A DNA stretch of 64,000 bases from Opitutia bacterium (GCA_947478395.1 CANJVR010000002.1:448001-512000); one strand, 5' to 3'. Shown: positions 49,445-59,836, counted from the stretch's first letter. Made by a program: numbers and translations. The notes: generated from the letters alone by a model not told the origin.

Positions 49445-50962
49445 ATGAAAATCCCCTATTCTGCTCTCGCGGTTTCACTCATCTTTTTCGCTAGCGCCGC
49501 GATCTCGCAGGCGCAGGCCGGCAAACGGTGGGTCGTCACGGATCATGGAGCCGTCGCGGACGGCACGACGGTCAACACCCCGGCGCTCCAAGCGGCGATC
49601 GATGCCTGCGCGAAAGCGGGCGGCGGCACGCTCGTGATACCGAAAGGCACGTTTCTGAGCGGTGCGCTGTACTTCAAGCAGGGCGTCAACCTCCTGGTCG
49701 AAAAGGATGCCGTGCTGAAAAGCACGACGAAGATCGAAGACTTCCGGCCGATCTACACGCGCTGGGAAGGCATCGAGCGCTATTGGACCTCGGCGTTTCT
49801 CAACTTTGTCGGAATGAAAAATGTCTCTGTCTCCGGCGAGGGCACGGTCGACGGCTCTGGCGATGCGTGGGCCAACTTTGGTCAGAACGCCCGCAACGTT
49901 CGCCCTCCCGGCGGTCCCGCTCAACCGGCCCAAGCTTCAGCCGCAGCCACCGGCGGCGCCGCCGCGGCAACGCCCGAACCAGCGGCCCGGGGAAATAGGG
50001 GGGGGCCCGGCGCCCAGGCGACGAACGCCGCACCCGCGGAGCCGTTACCGAAACCGGCCGACGTTTATCCGTCGCCGCTTCCCACGACGGCGACGATCAA
50101 TCTCGCGGCCGACCGCACCAAGACGCCGATCATCAACGCCGCCGGCGTGGCGCTCGGGCGCGGGGCGGGTGGCGGCATCAATACGCCTCCGCGCGCGATC
50201 GTGTTTCAAAATTGCTCCGATGTGCGCATCTCCGGCCTCACGCTGAAAAATCAAGCACGCTGGGGTTACGTTTTCATTTATTGCGACCATGTCGTGGCCG
50301 CCAACCTAACCGCCAAGGCAGAGCATTATATCCCCAGCTCTGACGGGATGGACATCGATTCGTGCAAAAATGTTTTGGTCACCGGCTGTTACTTCGACTG
50401 CAACGACGACTGTATTTCACTCAAGTCGGGCAAAGACGAAGACGGCCGCCGCGTTGGACGGCCGTGCGAAGATATCATCATCGAAAAAACGACCTTCGCT
50501 TACGGCCACGGTGGCGCGGCGATGGGCAGCGAAACCTCCGGGGGGATTCGCAACGTCGAAGTGCGCGACTGCATCGCGGAGGCGAACAACTGGGCTCCGA
50601 TTCGTTTCAAAACGCAGCCCAGTCGCGGTGGAGTGGTGGAAAATATCACTTACCGGAATATCGAGCTGCGCGATGTGCGCCAGGCGGTGGAGTTCAATCT
50701 CGAGTGGAACATGCGGATCAATATCGCGGGCGATGTCCGCGTGCCTCCGACGGTTCGCAACGTAAAATTGATCAATCTCCACGGCACCTCGACTTCGGTC
50801 GGCGCGATGCACGGTCTCTCCGATAGTTTCATCGACGGGATCACGTTCGAAAATTGCAACATCACCGCCGAACGCGGGCTCACCATTGAAAACGCCCGCA
50901 ACGTCGATACGTCGGGGCTGAAGATCACCGTAAAGGAAGGCGAACCGATTATCCGTCGGTGA
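49445..50962 (+). CDS. GH28 polygalacturonase-family glycoside hydrolase, secreted
   Basis: Signal peptide; NTPALQAAID, SSDGMD, NDDCISLKSG, GHGG..MGSE, RFKT; long Pro/Ala/Gly insertion. Confidence 0.9.
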   Translation: MKIPYSALAVSLIFFASAAISQAQAGKRWVVTDHGAVADGTTVNTPALQAAIDACAKAGGGTLVIPKGTFLSGALYFKQGVNLLVEKDAVLKSTTKIEDFRPIYTRWEGIERYWTSAFLNFVGMKNVSVSGEGTVDGSGDAWANFGQNARNVRPPGGPAQPAQASAAATGGAAAATPEPAARGNRGGPGAQATNAAPAEPLPKPADVYPSPLPTTATINLAADRTKTPIINAAGVALGRGAGGGINTPPRAIVFQNCSDVRISGLTLKNQARWGYVFIYCDHVVAANLTAKAEHYIPSSDGMDIDSCKNVLVTGCYFDCNDDCISLKSGKDEDGRRVGRPCEDIIIEKTTFAYGHGGAAMGSETSGGIRNVEVRDCIAEANNWAPIRFKTQPSRGGVVENITYRNIELRDVRQAVEFNLEWNMRINIAGDVRVPPTVRNVKLINLHGTSTSVGAMHGLSDSFIDGITFENCNITAERGLTIENARNVDTSGLKITVKEGEPIIRR

Positions 50963-51009
50963 TCAGGCCGCAAACAAAAGGGACAGCCCGGGCTTGCTGG
51001 GATTCCTCA

Positions 51010-51031
51010 GACCGAGGTTCGGTCGGTTTTT
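51010..51031 (+). terminator. Possible intrinsic terminator after GH28
   Basis: GACCGA-GGT-TCGGTC followed by GGTTTTT. Confidence 0.35.
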
Positions 51032-51298
51032 AGTTTGGTTTGGACTCGAGCGTAGTGAAGGCCCCGGAGGGGGTTAGGTTGCGTCGATCGGTGCGCTGCA
51101 ATCGAGCGTCAGTCATTGCGCGCAGCGGGCTCGCGTCTAGTCGCGACCATCGAAATTCCGGTCGGGATAATCGCCCCGCGACGCGGAGTTAACGTCCGGT
51201 CCACGGTGAGAGCAAAAATTGGTTTTATTCGCACTGGAGAAAGGGCACAACTCACCGCGTTAGTCCTCGTTCGAAATCCCCATACCCTCCCCGATCCC

Positions 51299-52315
51299 AT
51301 GAATACTATGCGTCTTATTCCTTCCTCGCGCTCGCTTGCCCGGGTGCTTTGCAACGTGGCCCTTGCCGGGGCCGTCGCCCTTTCCGCCATCGCCCAGCCA
51401 ACGCCGGCGATGCAGCCCGGCCAGCCTCCCGGCGGTCCAGGTGGCGGTGGTGCGCGCGGCGTCGGGCGCGGTCCGGTCGCGCCGATTGTGGTCGGGCCGG
51501 CCGCAACCGTGCCGGCCGCGGTGGCGATTCCCCGTCCCACGGACGCCGAGATCGCGCAGGCTAACCGCGCGTTGAGCAAATTCCTCTCCTCCGACAGTAC
51601 GGCCGAGGCGCTCGTGGCAAAATATCCCGGTCTCATCGCCGTGCAGGCGCCACGCGCCAACTTTGCTGCGACCTACACGCAGACCCAGCAGCGCATGGGC
51701 GCCCGCCACGAAGGCTTTGTCGAGCGCGCTAAGCAGGGGAACATCGACCTGCTGTTCAACGGCGACTCGATCACCGATTTCTGGGGCACGACCGGCAAGG
51801 CGGTTTTCGACAAAAATTTTGGCGCGATGAAAGTCGCCAACTTCGCTATCTCCGGCGACCGGACGGAAGGCCTGCTGTGGGGCCTCAAAAACGGCGAGGG
51901 CCAGGGCTTCTCACCCAAGACCATCATGTTGATGATCGGCACCAACAATACCGGCACCGGCAATAGTCCCGCGCTGCAGGCCGCCAGTGGGCCTGAGATC
52001 GCCGAAGGCGTCGGCGCCGTCGTCATGGAGATGCGCAAGGATTTCCCGAACGCCAAAATCCTGCTGCTCGCGATTTTTCCGCGCGGCGCTGATCCCACCG
52101 ACGCCAACCGCCAGAAGAACGAAGCGGCGAACAAGCTCATCGCCAAGCTCCACGACGGCCAGCACGTGTTCTTTATGGACATCGGACCGAAATTCCTCGG
52201 CGCCGGCGGCACTCTCGCCCGTGAAATCATGCCCGACCTACTGCACCCGTCGGAGAAGGGCTACGAGATCTGGGCCGCTGCCGTAAAAGACAAACTGGCC
52301 GAGCTCATGAAGTGA
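51299..52315 (+). CDS. GDSL/SGNH family acetylhydrolase
   Basis: GDSIT, ISGDRT, MIGTNN, DLLHPS..GY; signal peptide. Confidence 0.9.
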   Translation: MNTMRLIPSSRSLARVLCNVALAGAVALSAIAQPTPAMQPGQPPGGPGGGGARGVGRGPVAPIVVGPAATVPAAVAIPRPTDAEIAQANRALSKFLSSDSTAEALVAKYPGLIAVQAPRANFAATYTQTQQRMGARHEGFVERAKQGNIDLLFNGDSITDFWGTTGKAVFDKNFGAMKVANFAISGDRTEGLLWGLKNGEGQGFSPKTIMLMIGTNNTGTGNSPALQAASGPEIAEGVGAVVMEMRKDFPNAKILLLAIFPRGADPTDANRQKNEAANKLIAKLHDGQHVFFMDIGPKFLGAGGTLAREIMPDLLHPSEKGYEIWAAAVKDKLAELMK

Positions 52316-52330
52316 CCTCAGCGGCGCACC

Positions 52331-52372
52331 CGGGCGGGCATTGGCGCAGGGCCAAAGCCCGCCCGATTTTTT
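52331..52372 (+). terminator. Intrinsic terminator between convergent genes
   Basis: CGGGCGGGC-A-TTGGC…GCCAA-A-GCCCGCCCG followed by ATTTTTT. Confidence 0.7.
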
Positions 52373-53564
52373 AGCGGAAGAGTTTCGTTGCCGTCTCTTC
52401 GAAGCAGCGGCGCCACACGATGTAGTTGTGCACGCCGTCCATCTCAAAAAACGTGTGACGGAGGTTCGCCTTGGTGAGGCTGGCGTCGAGGTTCTGGGCG
52501 GTGCGGAAGGCGGAATCCTGCCGGCCACAGCCGATCCACAAGAGCTTCAGTTTCGCGTTAGTGCCGGCAGCGTCGCTGACCAGGGAAGCGAAACGGGTCT
52601 CGAAATTACCGATGGGAGCCGAGCTGAACCCGGCGACGGCAGCAAAGAGTTCGAGGTGGCTGAGTCCGGTCTTGAGTGCCTGGCCGCCGCCCATTGAGAG
52701 GCCCATGACAGCGCGGTGTTCGCGATCGGTGACGGCGCGGTATTTTTTTTCCACCGTGGGAATGACTTCCTCCAGGAGGTACCGATCGAGGGCGGCGTCA
52801 TTATCCCCACCGCCCCGGGTGCCCGGCATCATGTTCGATCCCGGCAGCGCGTAGCCGGAAGGCATGACGATGATCATCGGCAGCATTCGTTTCGCCGCGA
52901 TCAGGTTGTCGGCCACAAAGTTTACGCGGCCTGCCGCCGTCCAATCGCTCGCGAAGGACGAAGCGCCGTGGAGGAGATAGAGCACGGGGTAGCGGGTGGT
53001 GCCGCTCGGGTCGTAGTCCGGCGGCGTGTAAACGAAGAAGTGCCGGGTATCCGCCGCGACTTTCGAATTGTGCCAAACCGTATCGACCTCGCCGTGGGGC
53101 ACGTCGGTGCGCGCCTCCCACAGTTCAGGCTTTTCGGTGCCGGGAACGGCGACGAGGCTGACCGGAGAGCGCGTGCGCAGCTTGACCTGCGGGTTAACGG
53201 GATCGGCGATGTCGATGCCGTCCAGGGTGAAGTTGTAGAACCAGAAACTCGGATCGAGCGGTCCGAGGGTGACGGTCCAGACGCCGCGCTCGTCCTTGGT
53301 CATCGGGTGACGCTTGTTGTCGTCCCACTGGCCCATGACACTTACCTCAGTGGCTTTCGGAGCGAGCAGCCGAAATGTGACACGGCGGTCGGCGGCTACT
53401 TCGGGCGAAACGATCGAGGCCGCGCCGCCTCCGCCGTTACGACCGCGCGCGTCTTGGACCGCGGGTGCGCCGGCCGCAGGAGGCGTCTGGGCGAGGACCG
53501 CAGGAGCAAAAGATAAGGTCGCGGCAAGGACGAGCAGATGAGGAGATGCGAACGAGTTCTTCAT
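52371..53564 (-). CDS. CE1-like esterase with N-terminal E-set/CBM48-like domain
   Basis: VTFRLLAPKA..V, VPHG, VYTPP.Y, YPVLYLLHG, GLSMGG nucleophile, GVH..W. Confidence 0.88.
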   Translation of the reverse strand: MKNSFASPHLLVLAATLSFAPAVLAQTPPAAGAPAVQDARGRNGGGGAASIVSPEVAADRRVTFRLLAPKATEVSVMGQWDDNKRHPMTKDERGVWTVTLGPLDPSFWFYNFTLDGIDIADPVNPQVKLRTRSPVSLVAVPGTEKPELWEARTDVPHGEVDTVWHNSKVAADTRHFFVYTPPDYDPSGTTRYPVLYLLHGASSFASDWTAAGRVNFVADNLIAAKRMLPMIIVMPSGYALPGSNMMPGTRGGGDNDAALDRYLLEEVIPTVEKKYRAVTDREHRAVMGLSMGGGQALKTGLSHLELFAAVAGFSSAPIGNFETRFASLVSDAAGTNAKLKLLWIGCGRQDSAFRTAQNLDASLTKANLRHTFFEMDGVHNYIVWRRCFEETATKLFR

Positions 53565-53992
53565 TGGGGTGGCTACGGATTGCAGGGGTTTTGAGAGGCC
53601 TAAGAGCACAGAATTACGAGCTCACGTTCGACGCTGCGGGATCCACGCGTCGACGGCAAGGCCGCCTTGCTCGGGTTGACGTTCAATGCCCGACGCTGTC
53701 GGAGGCGCCCAATTTTTTCCTTCGTCGAGCGCTACGAGGACTTCGCGCGCCATTCTGGCACGATACTACAAAACGGAACGCGGCGATCGAGAAGGACAGC
53801 CCGTGCGCTTGGTCAGCGGATCCAAGGCGGCAACATCACGTTCATTCTCGAGCCCGACACGACACCCGCGCGGAGACCGATCGCGTGTTTGCCACGCTCA
53901 GAGAAGGCGGCACCGTAAATTGGCTTCCGGTCCAAAATGCCGGCGGGCGCGTCATTCGTGTGACGCTCGATCTACCCCCACCCTATTGCCCC

Positions 53993-55738
53993 ATGAATAA
54001 CTATGCCCGATTAGTCTTCGCTCTCGCGCTCGCTTTGCCGAGCGCCGCGCTTTTTGCCCAAGGCGCCGGCAACAACGCTGATCACCAGGAAATGTTAGCC
54101 AAGCTCGGCATCACCGCACCGCTCCGCTCCGGCCCGGCCGGCCGGCTGGCCGCGGATGGCTCGGCGCCGGCCAACTACGCGAACTACGACGAGAGCAAGG
54201 CCGCGGCCAAATCACCCGTGCCGCCGCTCCTCGCCATGGCGGACGGTCGCAAAATTACCACGCCGGCGATGTGGGCGGAACGCCGTAAGGAGCTCTTCGA
54301 AATTTTTGATCGCGAATTCTACGGCCGCCTGCCCGAGGCCGCGAAGTCCATTAAAGTGACGTGGGAAATTACGGCCACCACGCAGGGCATGAGCGGCAAC
54401 ATTCCGACGATTACGCGCACCTTGGTCGGGCACGTCGATCCGACCTACTATCCGGAAATCAAAGTGGACATCGCCGCCTCAGTCACAACTCCGGCCAATG
54501 CCGCCGGCAAAGTGCCGATCATCATGGTGTGGGGTGGCGGCGGCGGCTTGGGGCGCGGTGGTCCAATGGTGCCGCCACTACCGACCCTCGCGCAGCTCCA
54601 GACGGCGTTGACCCTCACCGAAGCGCAGAGCACCGCGATCGCGCCGCTCCTTGAAAATGCGCTGAAACCGCAACGCGACCTCGCCAGCACGCCGAATACT
54701 CCACCGGACGCGGCCACCAAGGTCCGCACCGAGCTCAGCGAGAAAATCGGCGTGATTCTCACTGAGCAACAGAAGCCTCGCCTAGCGCAGGCGCTGCCCG
54801 TCGGCGGCGCCCGCGGCCCCGCACGAGGGCCCGCGCCTACCATCAGCAACAATCCACCGTTTCCGAACGGCGCGACGACCTGGCAGCAAGCGGCCGTTTC
54901 GCTCGGCTGGGGCTACGGCAACCTCAATCCCGCGAGTATCCAAGCCGACAGCGGCGGCGAGAATTTGCGCAAAGGTATCATCGGGCTCATCAACAAAGGC
55001 CAAAGCCGTAAGCCCGACGATTGGGGCTCGCTCCGTGCGTGGGCGTGGGCCGCAGGGCGTTTAATGGATTTTTTTGAAACCGATAGACTTGTCGACGCCA
55101 TGCAAGTCGCGTTCGAGGGTCACTCACGGTACGGCAAGGCAACGCTCGCCACGCTCGTCTACGAACCGCGCGTATTAACTGGTTTCGTCAGTTCGTCGGG
55201 CGAAGGTGGCGCGAAGATCTGGCGCCACCTCATCGGTGAACAAGTCGAGACTCTGGCCGGCACCGGGGAATACCACTGGATGGCGGGCAACTTTCTAAAA
55301 TACGCCGGCCCGCTCACCGTGGACGATCTACCTGCCGACGCGCACCAATTCGTCGCCCTCGTCGCACCGCGTCCGATTTTTGTGAGCGGTGGTGAGTACG
55401 TGGAATTCAACGGCGCGCCCGGTCACCCCGGAACCCGTTACAGCGGCGAATCGTGGCAGGACACGCCGGGTACGTTCATGGCGACCGCCGGGGCCAGCCC
55501 CGTTTGGAAACTACTCGGTAAAAAACCCCTGAGTAACGACGCGTTGAAACTACGCTTTGACGACGTCCCTGACCCCATGGCGCTGAAGGCAAAGATGCCG
55601 CCACCGCTGACTCCGTTGATCGATGGCGACATCGCTTTCCGTCAGCACGACCAAGGTCACACCGATGCCCCGAATTGGTCGACGTTCATCGAGTTCGCCG
55701 GACACTACTTTAAATCCCCCGGCTTCAAGAAGAGCTGA
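53993..55738 (+). CDS. CE15 family carbohydrate esterase (glucuronoyl-esterase-like)
   Basis: Signal peptide; WGSLRAWAW, GHSRYGKA, SSGEGG, LPADAH..ALVAPRP, RQHDQGH. Confidence 0.85.
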   Translation: MNNYARLVFALALALPSAALFAQGAGNNADHQEMLAKLGITAPLRSGPAGRLAADGSAPANYANYDESKAAAKSPVPPLLAMADGRKITTPAMWAERRKELFEIFDREFYGRLPEAAKSIKVTWEITATTQGMSGNIPTITRTLVGHVDPTYYPEIKVDIAASVTTPANAAGKVPIIMVWGGGGGLGRGGPMVPPLPTLAQLQTALTLTEAQSTAIAPLLENALKPQRDLASTPNTPPDAATKVRTELSEKIGVILTEQQKPRLAQALPVGGARGPARGPAPTISNNPPFPNGATTWQQAAVSLGWGYGNLNPASIQADSGGENLRKGIIGLINKGQSRKPDDWGSLRAWAWAAGRLMDFFETDRLVDAMQVAFEGHSRYGKATLATLVYEPRVLTGFVSSSGEGGAKIWRHLIGEQVETLAGTGEYHWMAGNFLKYAGPLTVDDLPADAHQFVALVAPRPIFVSGGEYVEFNGAPGHPGTRYSGESWQDTPGTFMATAGASPVWKLLGKKPLSNDALKLRFDDVPDPMALKAKMPPPLTPLIDGDIAFRQHDQGHTDAPNWSTFIEFAGHYFKSPGFKKS

Positions 55739-55780
55739 TCGGCCGCTGGCCGGCGCCGCCTTCGCGCGGCAACCTTAGGG

Positions 55781-56878
55781 TCAGCGGACCTTGAGGTTTT
55801 CCAGACCGGCGTTCGAAACGTGGTAGACCGCGAAGGAGGCCAGCCAATGCTCGCCTTCGTACGTGCCGCTGAAGACATGCTTGAAGCCCGCGGCTTCGTG
55901 CACCTTAACTGCGGCTTCGAGCGTCGCGCGCCGCGGATCGTTGGCTGCGAGAGCTGACGCGACTCCGCGCAGGGTCCACGCGCGGCTCAAATTCAGCCCG
56001 ACCAGATGGACAATCCGCGGGTCCGTGAGATCGCTCACCTCCGCGGCTTTAGCCCAGTTGCCCAACTCGCCCGCCCGCAATCCCGGCAGGAACCCGTCGA
56101 GCCAACGCGAGAACTCGTCGCGCGAAAGCACGCGGCGCAACAGGTCGGCTTCGTTCAAACCCGGCGAGAAAAAATCTTCGCCCGATGGTTCGTAGCTTGT
56201 CGGATAATTTTTATCCGCGAGATAATAATCCCGCGCCCGCGCCGCCGCGATCCGCTCCAGCTCGGCGTCGCCGGTCGCGCGCGCGTAATCGATGATCTGG
56301 CTGAGCGCGAACGCCGTATCCGGATGCACACCCGTGCGCACGGGATAAGTCAGCCGCGGTAAGAATTCCTTGGTCAGCGCGACGATTTTCTTTTCGAGCG
56401 GCTCAATGGCTTTGGCCCACTGGCGCCCGTCGGGATCGTCCCAATTTTTCAGTTCGGCGGCCAGCCGCAGCGTCCAAGCCCAGCCATACATGCGCTCGAA
56501 ACTTTTGTTTTCCTTCGGTTCGAAATAGGCGGCTTCGGCGGCGAGGTTCTGCGCCGTGAGGTGCCGCCCGATCACCGCGCGCGTCTCGGCGGCGTGGGGC
56601 AAATCGGGCGCAAGACGCAGCAGCCGCACCACCAGCCAATGTCCGTGCACGCACGAGTGCCAGTCGAAGTTACCGTAGAACGCCGGGTGCATCGCCTTCG
56701 GGCTCATGAGGTCTTTTTCATCGCGTAACGTCTGGCCCGGCTTGTTTGGATATTCGCGATCGATGCCCTTCAACGCGAGTTGCACAAACGCTGCCGCGCG
56801 CTCCGGGTCCATGCCATCAGCCGCCAACGCCGCCGCGCTCACGCTCGCGCCGAGAACAATCATTCGCATCAGTTTCAT
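55781..56878 (-). CDS. DUF2891 family protein
   Basis: REYPNK, HPAFYGNFDWHSCVHGHW, FERMYGWAW, EPSGEDFFSP, GLNLSRAW, YEGEHWLASFA. Confidence 0.9.
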   Translation of the reverse strand: MKLMRMIVLGASVSAAALAADGMDPERAAAFVQLALKGIDREYPNKPGQTLRDEKDLMSPKAMHPAFYGNFDWHSCVHGHWLVVRLLRLAPDLPHAAETRAVIGRHLTAQNLAAEAAYFEPKENKSFERMYGWAWTLRLAAELKNWDDPDGRQWAKAIEPLEKKIVALTKEFLPRLTYPVRTGVHPDTAFALSQIIDYARATGDAELERIAAARARDYYLADKNYPTSYEPSGEDFFSPGLNEADLLRRVLSRDEFSRWLDGFLPGLRAGELGNWAKAAEVSDLTDPRIVHLVGLNLSRAWTLRGVASALAANDPRRATLEAAVKVHEAAGFKHVFSGTYEGEHWLASFAVYHVSNAGLENLKVR

Positions 56879-57045
56879 GCCGACGACGAGGAAGGAACTT
56901 GCCCCCGGCGTCGAGCCGACACGCATGAATCGAGGGCCACCTCTGCGCCCGCGTCGGCGGTTCCCCTCTCCTCTCAATCATCAAGGCGCGCCCCTGCGGC
57001 GCGCGCCAAATGGCTCGTTCGAGCTAGAGCCGTTTAACCCAAAGC

Positions 57046-57071
57046 GTAGCGGCAGGCGTCCCTGCCTGCCG
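57046..57071. repeat. Single REP family B arm
   Basis: GTAGCGGCAGGCGTCCCTGCCTGCCG. Confidence 0.8.
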
Positions 57072-57141
57072 CCACGCAAAACGGCCGAGTAAAAACTTAA
57101 ACCGCTCAGAGTGAGAACGGCCTTCCCCGCTTCAGAAAACC

Positions 57142-58227
57142 TCAGGCGCCCGAGACCATCGCCGGATAATCGGTATAACCTCGCGGGCCTGGGCTGTAGA
57201 ACGTGTTAGCATCCGGCTCGGTCAGCGCGACGCCCGCCGCGACCCGGGCCACGAGGTCCGGATTGCTGATGTAGTGATGGCCAAATGCGATGGCATCCGC
57301 GGTGCCGGCCGCAACCGTACGCTCAGCTTCTTCGGGCGTGTAGCCCATCCCGCAGAGGAGCGCCCCCTTGAACTCCCGGCGCGCCCGCGTGACGACGTCG
57401 CCTTTTTGCAGGCCGAAGAAATCGCCGCGCATCAAATCGAGAAACGCGAGGCCGCGGCGATTCATCTCCGCCGCCACGTAACCCGTCAGCGCCACCGGGT
57501 CGCTGTCCTTCATATCATTGTAGCTGTTGAGCGGGGAAATGCGGACGCCCACGCGCCCGGCGCCCCAGACGGCGGTGGCCGCATCGACCACCTCGAGTAG
57601 CAGCCGCGCGCGATGAGCGATCGGACCGCCATAAGCGCCCGTGCGCTGATTGCTGCCGTCGCGCAAAAACTCATCGAGCAGATAACCATTGGCGCCGTGC
57701 ACTTCGACCCCATCGAAGCCGGCCAATTTCGCGTTCTCCGCCGCGTGTCGGAATCCGGCCACGATGCCCGGCAACTCGTCGTCGCGGAGTGCCCGCGGCT
57801 CCTCGTAGGGTTTCTTACCCTGCGGGGTGTAGGTTTCGTCATTCGTGATCCGCAGCGGACTGGGCGCGACGGGTTGCGCGCCATCGTTCAACAACGAATG
57901 ACAGGCCCGGCCGCCGTGCCAGATCTGGCAGAAAATTTTTCCGCCGCGCGCGTGTACGCTGTCGGTCACTTTTTTCCACGCGGCTACTTGCGCCGCGGAA
58001 TAGATCCCAGGCTCACATCCAGCGAACGCCGAGTGGCCCTCGATCGCCATCGTCGCCTCGCTGAGGATCAAACCAGAGCTCGCGCGTTGCGTGTAATATT
58101 CGACCACGGGATCGGTCGGCACGTGTTGAGCGTCAGCGCGGCAGCGCGTGAGGGCGGACATGACAATACGATTCGGGAGCGTAAGGGCGCCGAGCGTAAC
58201 GGGAGTGAAGAGTGAAGCGTGATGCAT
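57142..58227 (-). CDS. Old yellow enzyme family alkene reductase (NemA/XenB-like)
   Basis: NRIVMSALTR, YYTQRAS, QIWHGGR, GFDGVEVHGANGYL, RISP, NPDL, GYTDYP. Confidence 0.93.
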   Translation of the reverse strand: MHHASLFTPVTLGALTLPNRIVMSALTRCRADAQHVPTDPVVEYYTQRASSGLILSEATMAIEGHSAFAGCEPGIYSAAQVAAWKKVTDSVHARGGKIFCQIWHGGRACHSLLNDGAQPVAPSPLRITNDETYTPQGKKPYEEPRALRDDELPGIVAGFRHAAENAKLAGFDGVEVHGANGYLLDEFLRDGSNQRTGAYGGPIAHRARLLLEVVDAATAVWGAGRVGVRISPLNSYNDMKDSDPVALTGYVAAEMNRRGLAFLDLMRGDFFGLQKGDVVTRARREFKGALLCGMGYTPEEAERTVAAGTADAIAFGHHYISNPDLVARVAAGVALTEPDANTFYSPGPRGYTDYPAMVSGA

Positions 58228-58455
58228 GGTTGGAGATTTCTAGAAGCCGCAGTCTGAAGGAAATGGCGCGAAGCGCAATTAGGCCGGGTAGAATACGCCA
58301 CAAATTTCTCACGCGAACCGCAAAGTCTACGCCGAAACGCGGACCGAACGGGAGCCTGCCGCAGCGGGCGAGCGAAGCTCACGTGCCCGCGACCCCGGGC
58401 TGGCCCGATCAAGGCCGGGCACTTGCGCCCGGCGTCGCGACGCGTTGAGTGAGGT

Positions 58456-58995
58456 ATGCTTAAATTCATTTTCCTCACCGCCAGCGGTGCGTTCGCACTC
58501 GGCGCCCTCGCGGGTTGTTCATCCACCGCCGTCGCGCCGCTCCGCACCGTTGAGCACGTCGATCTCGACCGCTACCTCGGACGCTGGAACGTAATCGCGA
58601 ACATTCCCTACTTCCTCGAGCACGGCAAAGTCGCGAGTTACGACACCTACGCGAGGCGTCCCGACGGCCGGCTTGATAACACCTTCACGTTTCGGAAAGG
58701 GAGCTTCGACGCGCCTGAGCAAAGCTGGCGGGGCGTCGCCTGGGTTACGAACACGACGACCAACGCCGAGTGGAAAGTTCGCTTCATCTGGCCGCTGGCC
58801 ACCACGTATCTCGTGCTCGAGCTCGATCCTGACTATCGCTGGGCGGTCGTCGCCACGCCCGGCCGCAACCTGCTTTGGATCCTTGCACGCGACCAACAGA
58901 TGTCCCCGGCGGACTACGAGCACGTGCTCACGTTGATCGAGAAACAGGGCTACGACCGCACCGCGATCAAACCCGTGCCGCAGCCGGGGTCCTAG
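58456..58995 (+). CDS. blc: Lipocalin family lipoprotein (Blc-like)
   Basis: Lipobox LAGC; VDLDRYLGRW, LDPDY, LWILAR. Confidence 0.88.
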   Translation: MLKFIFLTASGAFALGALAGCSSTAVAPLRTVEHVDLDRYLGRWNVIANIPYFLEHGKVASYDTYARRPDGRLDNTFTFRKGSFDAPEQSWRGVAWVTNTTTNAEWKVRFIWPLATTYLVLELDPDYRWAVVATPGRNLLWILARDQQMSPADYEHVLTLIEKQGYDRTAIKPVPQPGS

Positions 58996-59073
58996 GAAAC
59001 CCGGTGTGATTCAGCGCTCGACGTCCGCTGCCCCGTCGACGGTCGATTGGCCCACCCACCAGCCCCAGCAAGG

Positions 59074-59281
59074 TTGGCCACGAAAAGGCCCAAAACTTTC
59101 GACCTGTTGGACTCGCATTTCCCGCGCCGAGAGGCGCTCTGCGTCGGCGGATCTACGGCCCTTCCTCTGGCACGCCACGCCCATTCTACGGCTGCGGTTC
59201 TTCGCGATTTTCTTCGCAAGTTCCTTGGCGCAATGAAGACATGGCTGCAGGCCCACGAACTTTTGTGCTTTTTGTCGCCAA
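59074..59281. repeat. Degenerate ~208-bp element bounded by inverted repeats
   Basis: TTGGCCACGAAAAGGCCCAAAA (59074-95) versus reverse complement of 59261-81, TTGGCGACAAAAAGCACAAAA. Confidence 0.5.
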
Positions 59282-59527
59282 ACTCAGCGGCCTAGATTCC
59301 CGAGCCGTGGCGTGGCGCTGGATATGTTCCTCGGTTGAGCTGGAGCGATGACGACAGGTTCCCCGCCGAAACCCATCAAACACCTCGACTGATCACAGGC
59401 TCCGGAAAATGCCCGCACTGATATCACACGTTGAAAAAACGTCGGACCAACGTTACTCCGTTGCAATCGGCGCCCATTGCTATCGAATTTGTTTGCCGCT
59501 CCCCCCGTGTTACCCCGCCCCTGCACC

Positions 59528-59836
59528 ATGAAAGAGCCCCGCAATTACGTCATTCTATTTCTCTGTCTGGTCGGATTGGGCGAAGGCGCGCTTCTGTGGC
59601 AACAGAGGACGGAACTCAACGACGTGGCCTTTCGCGCCGGGATCGCTGAAAAAAACTTTACCCAGGCCAACACCGAACGGGCTGTGCTGGAAAAACACGT
59701 TCGAGATTTGGAGGAACGGACCCCCACGGCCCAAGGCGATCTCGCGGCCGCGCGCAATCGACCGGGACGTCTCGCGGCGGAACCAGGTCAGGATCGCAAA
59801 TCAATCGATCGCACGAGCCGGCGTAAGCAGCAGTGA
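59528..59836 (+). CDS. Small membrane-anchored coiled-coil hypothetical protein (possibly truncated)
   Basis: MKEPRNYVILFLCLVGLG anchor followed by a heptad-like stretch. Confidence 0.5.
   Translation: MKEPRNYVILFLCLVGLGEGALLWQQRTELNDVAFRAGIAEKNFTQANTERAVLEKHVRDLEERTPTAQGDLAAARNRPGRLAAEPGQDRKSIDRTSRRKQQ

Noticed and set aside
49998..50005. G8 homopolymer in GH28 as a phase-variation site
   Set aside because: Short tract in a GC-rich Gly-coding region with the frame intact; no evidence of slippage.
53756..53771. TGGCACG sigma-54 -24 box upstream of CE15
   Set aside because: No GC at the -12 position with the required 10-nt spacing.
58397..58430. GG-N10-GC matches upstream of the lipocalin gene
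   Set aside because: Poor match to the sigma-54 consensus; such spacing is frequent by chance at this GC content.
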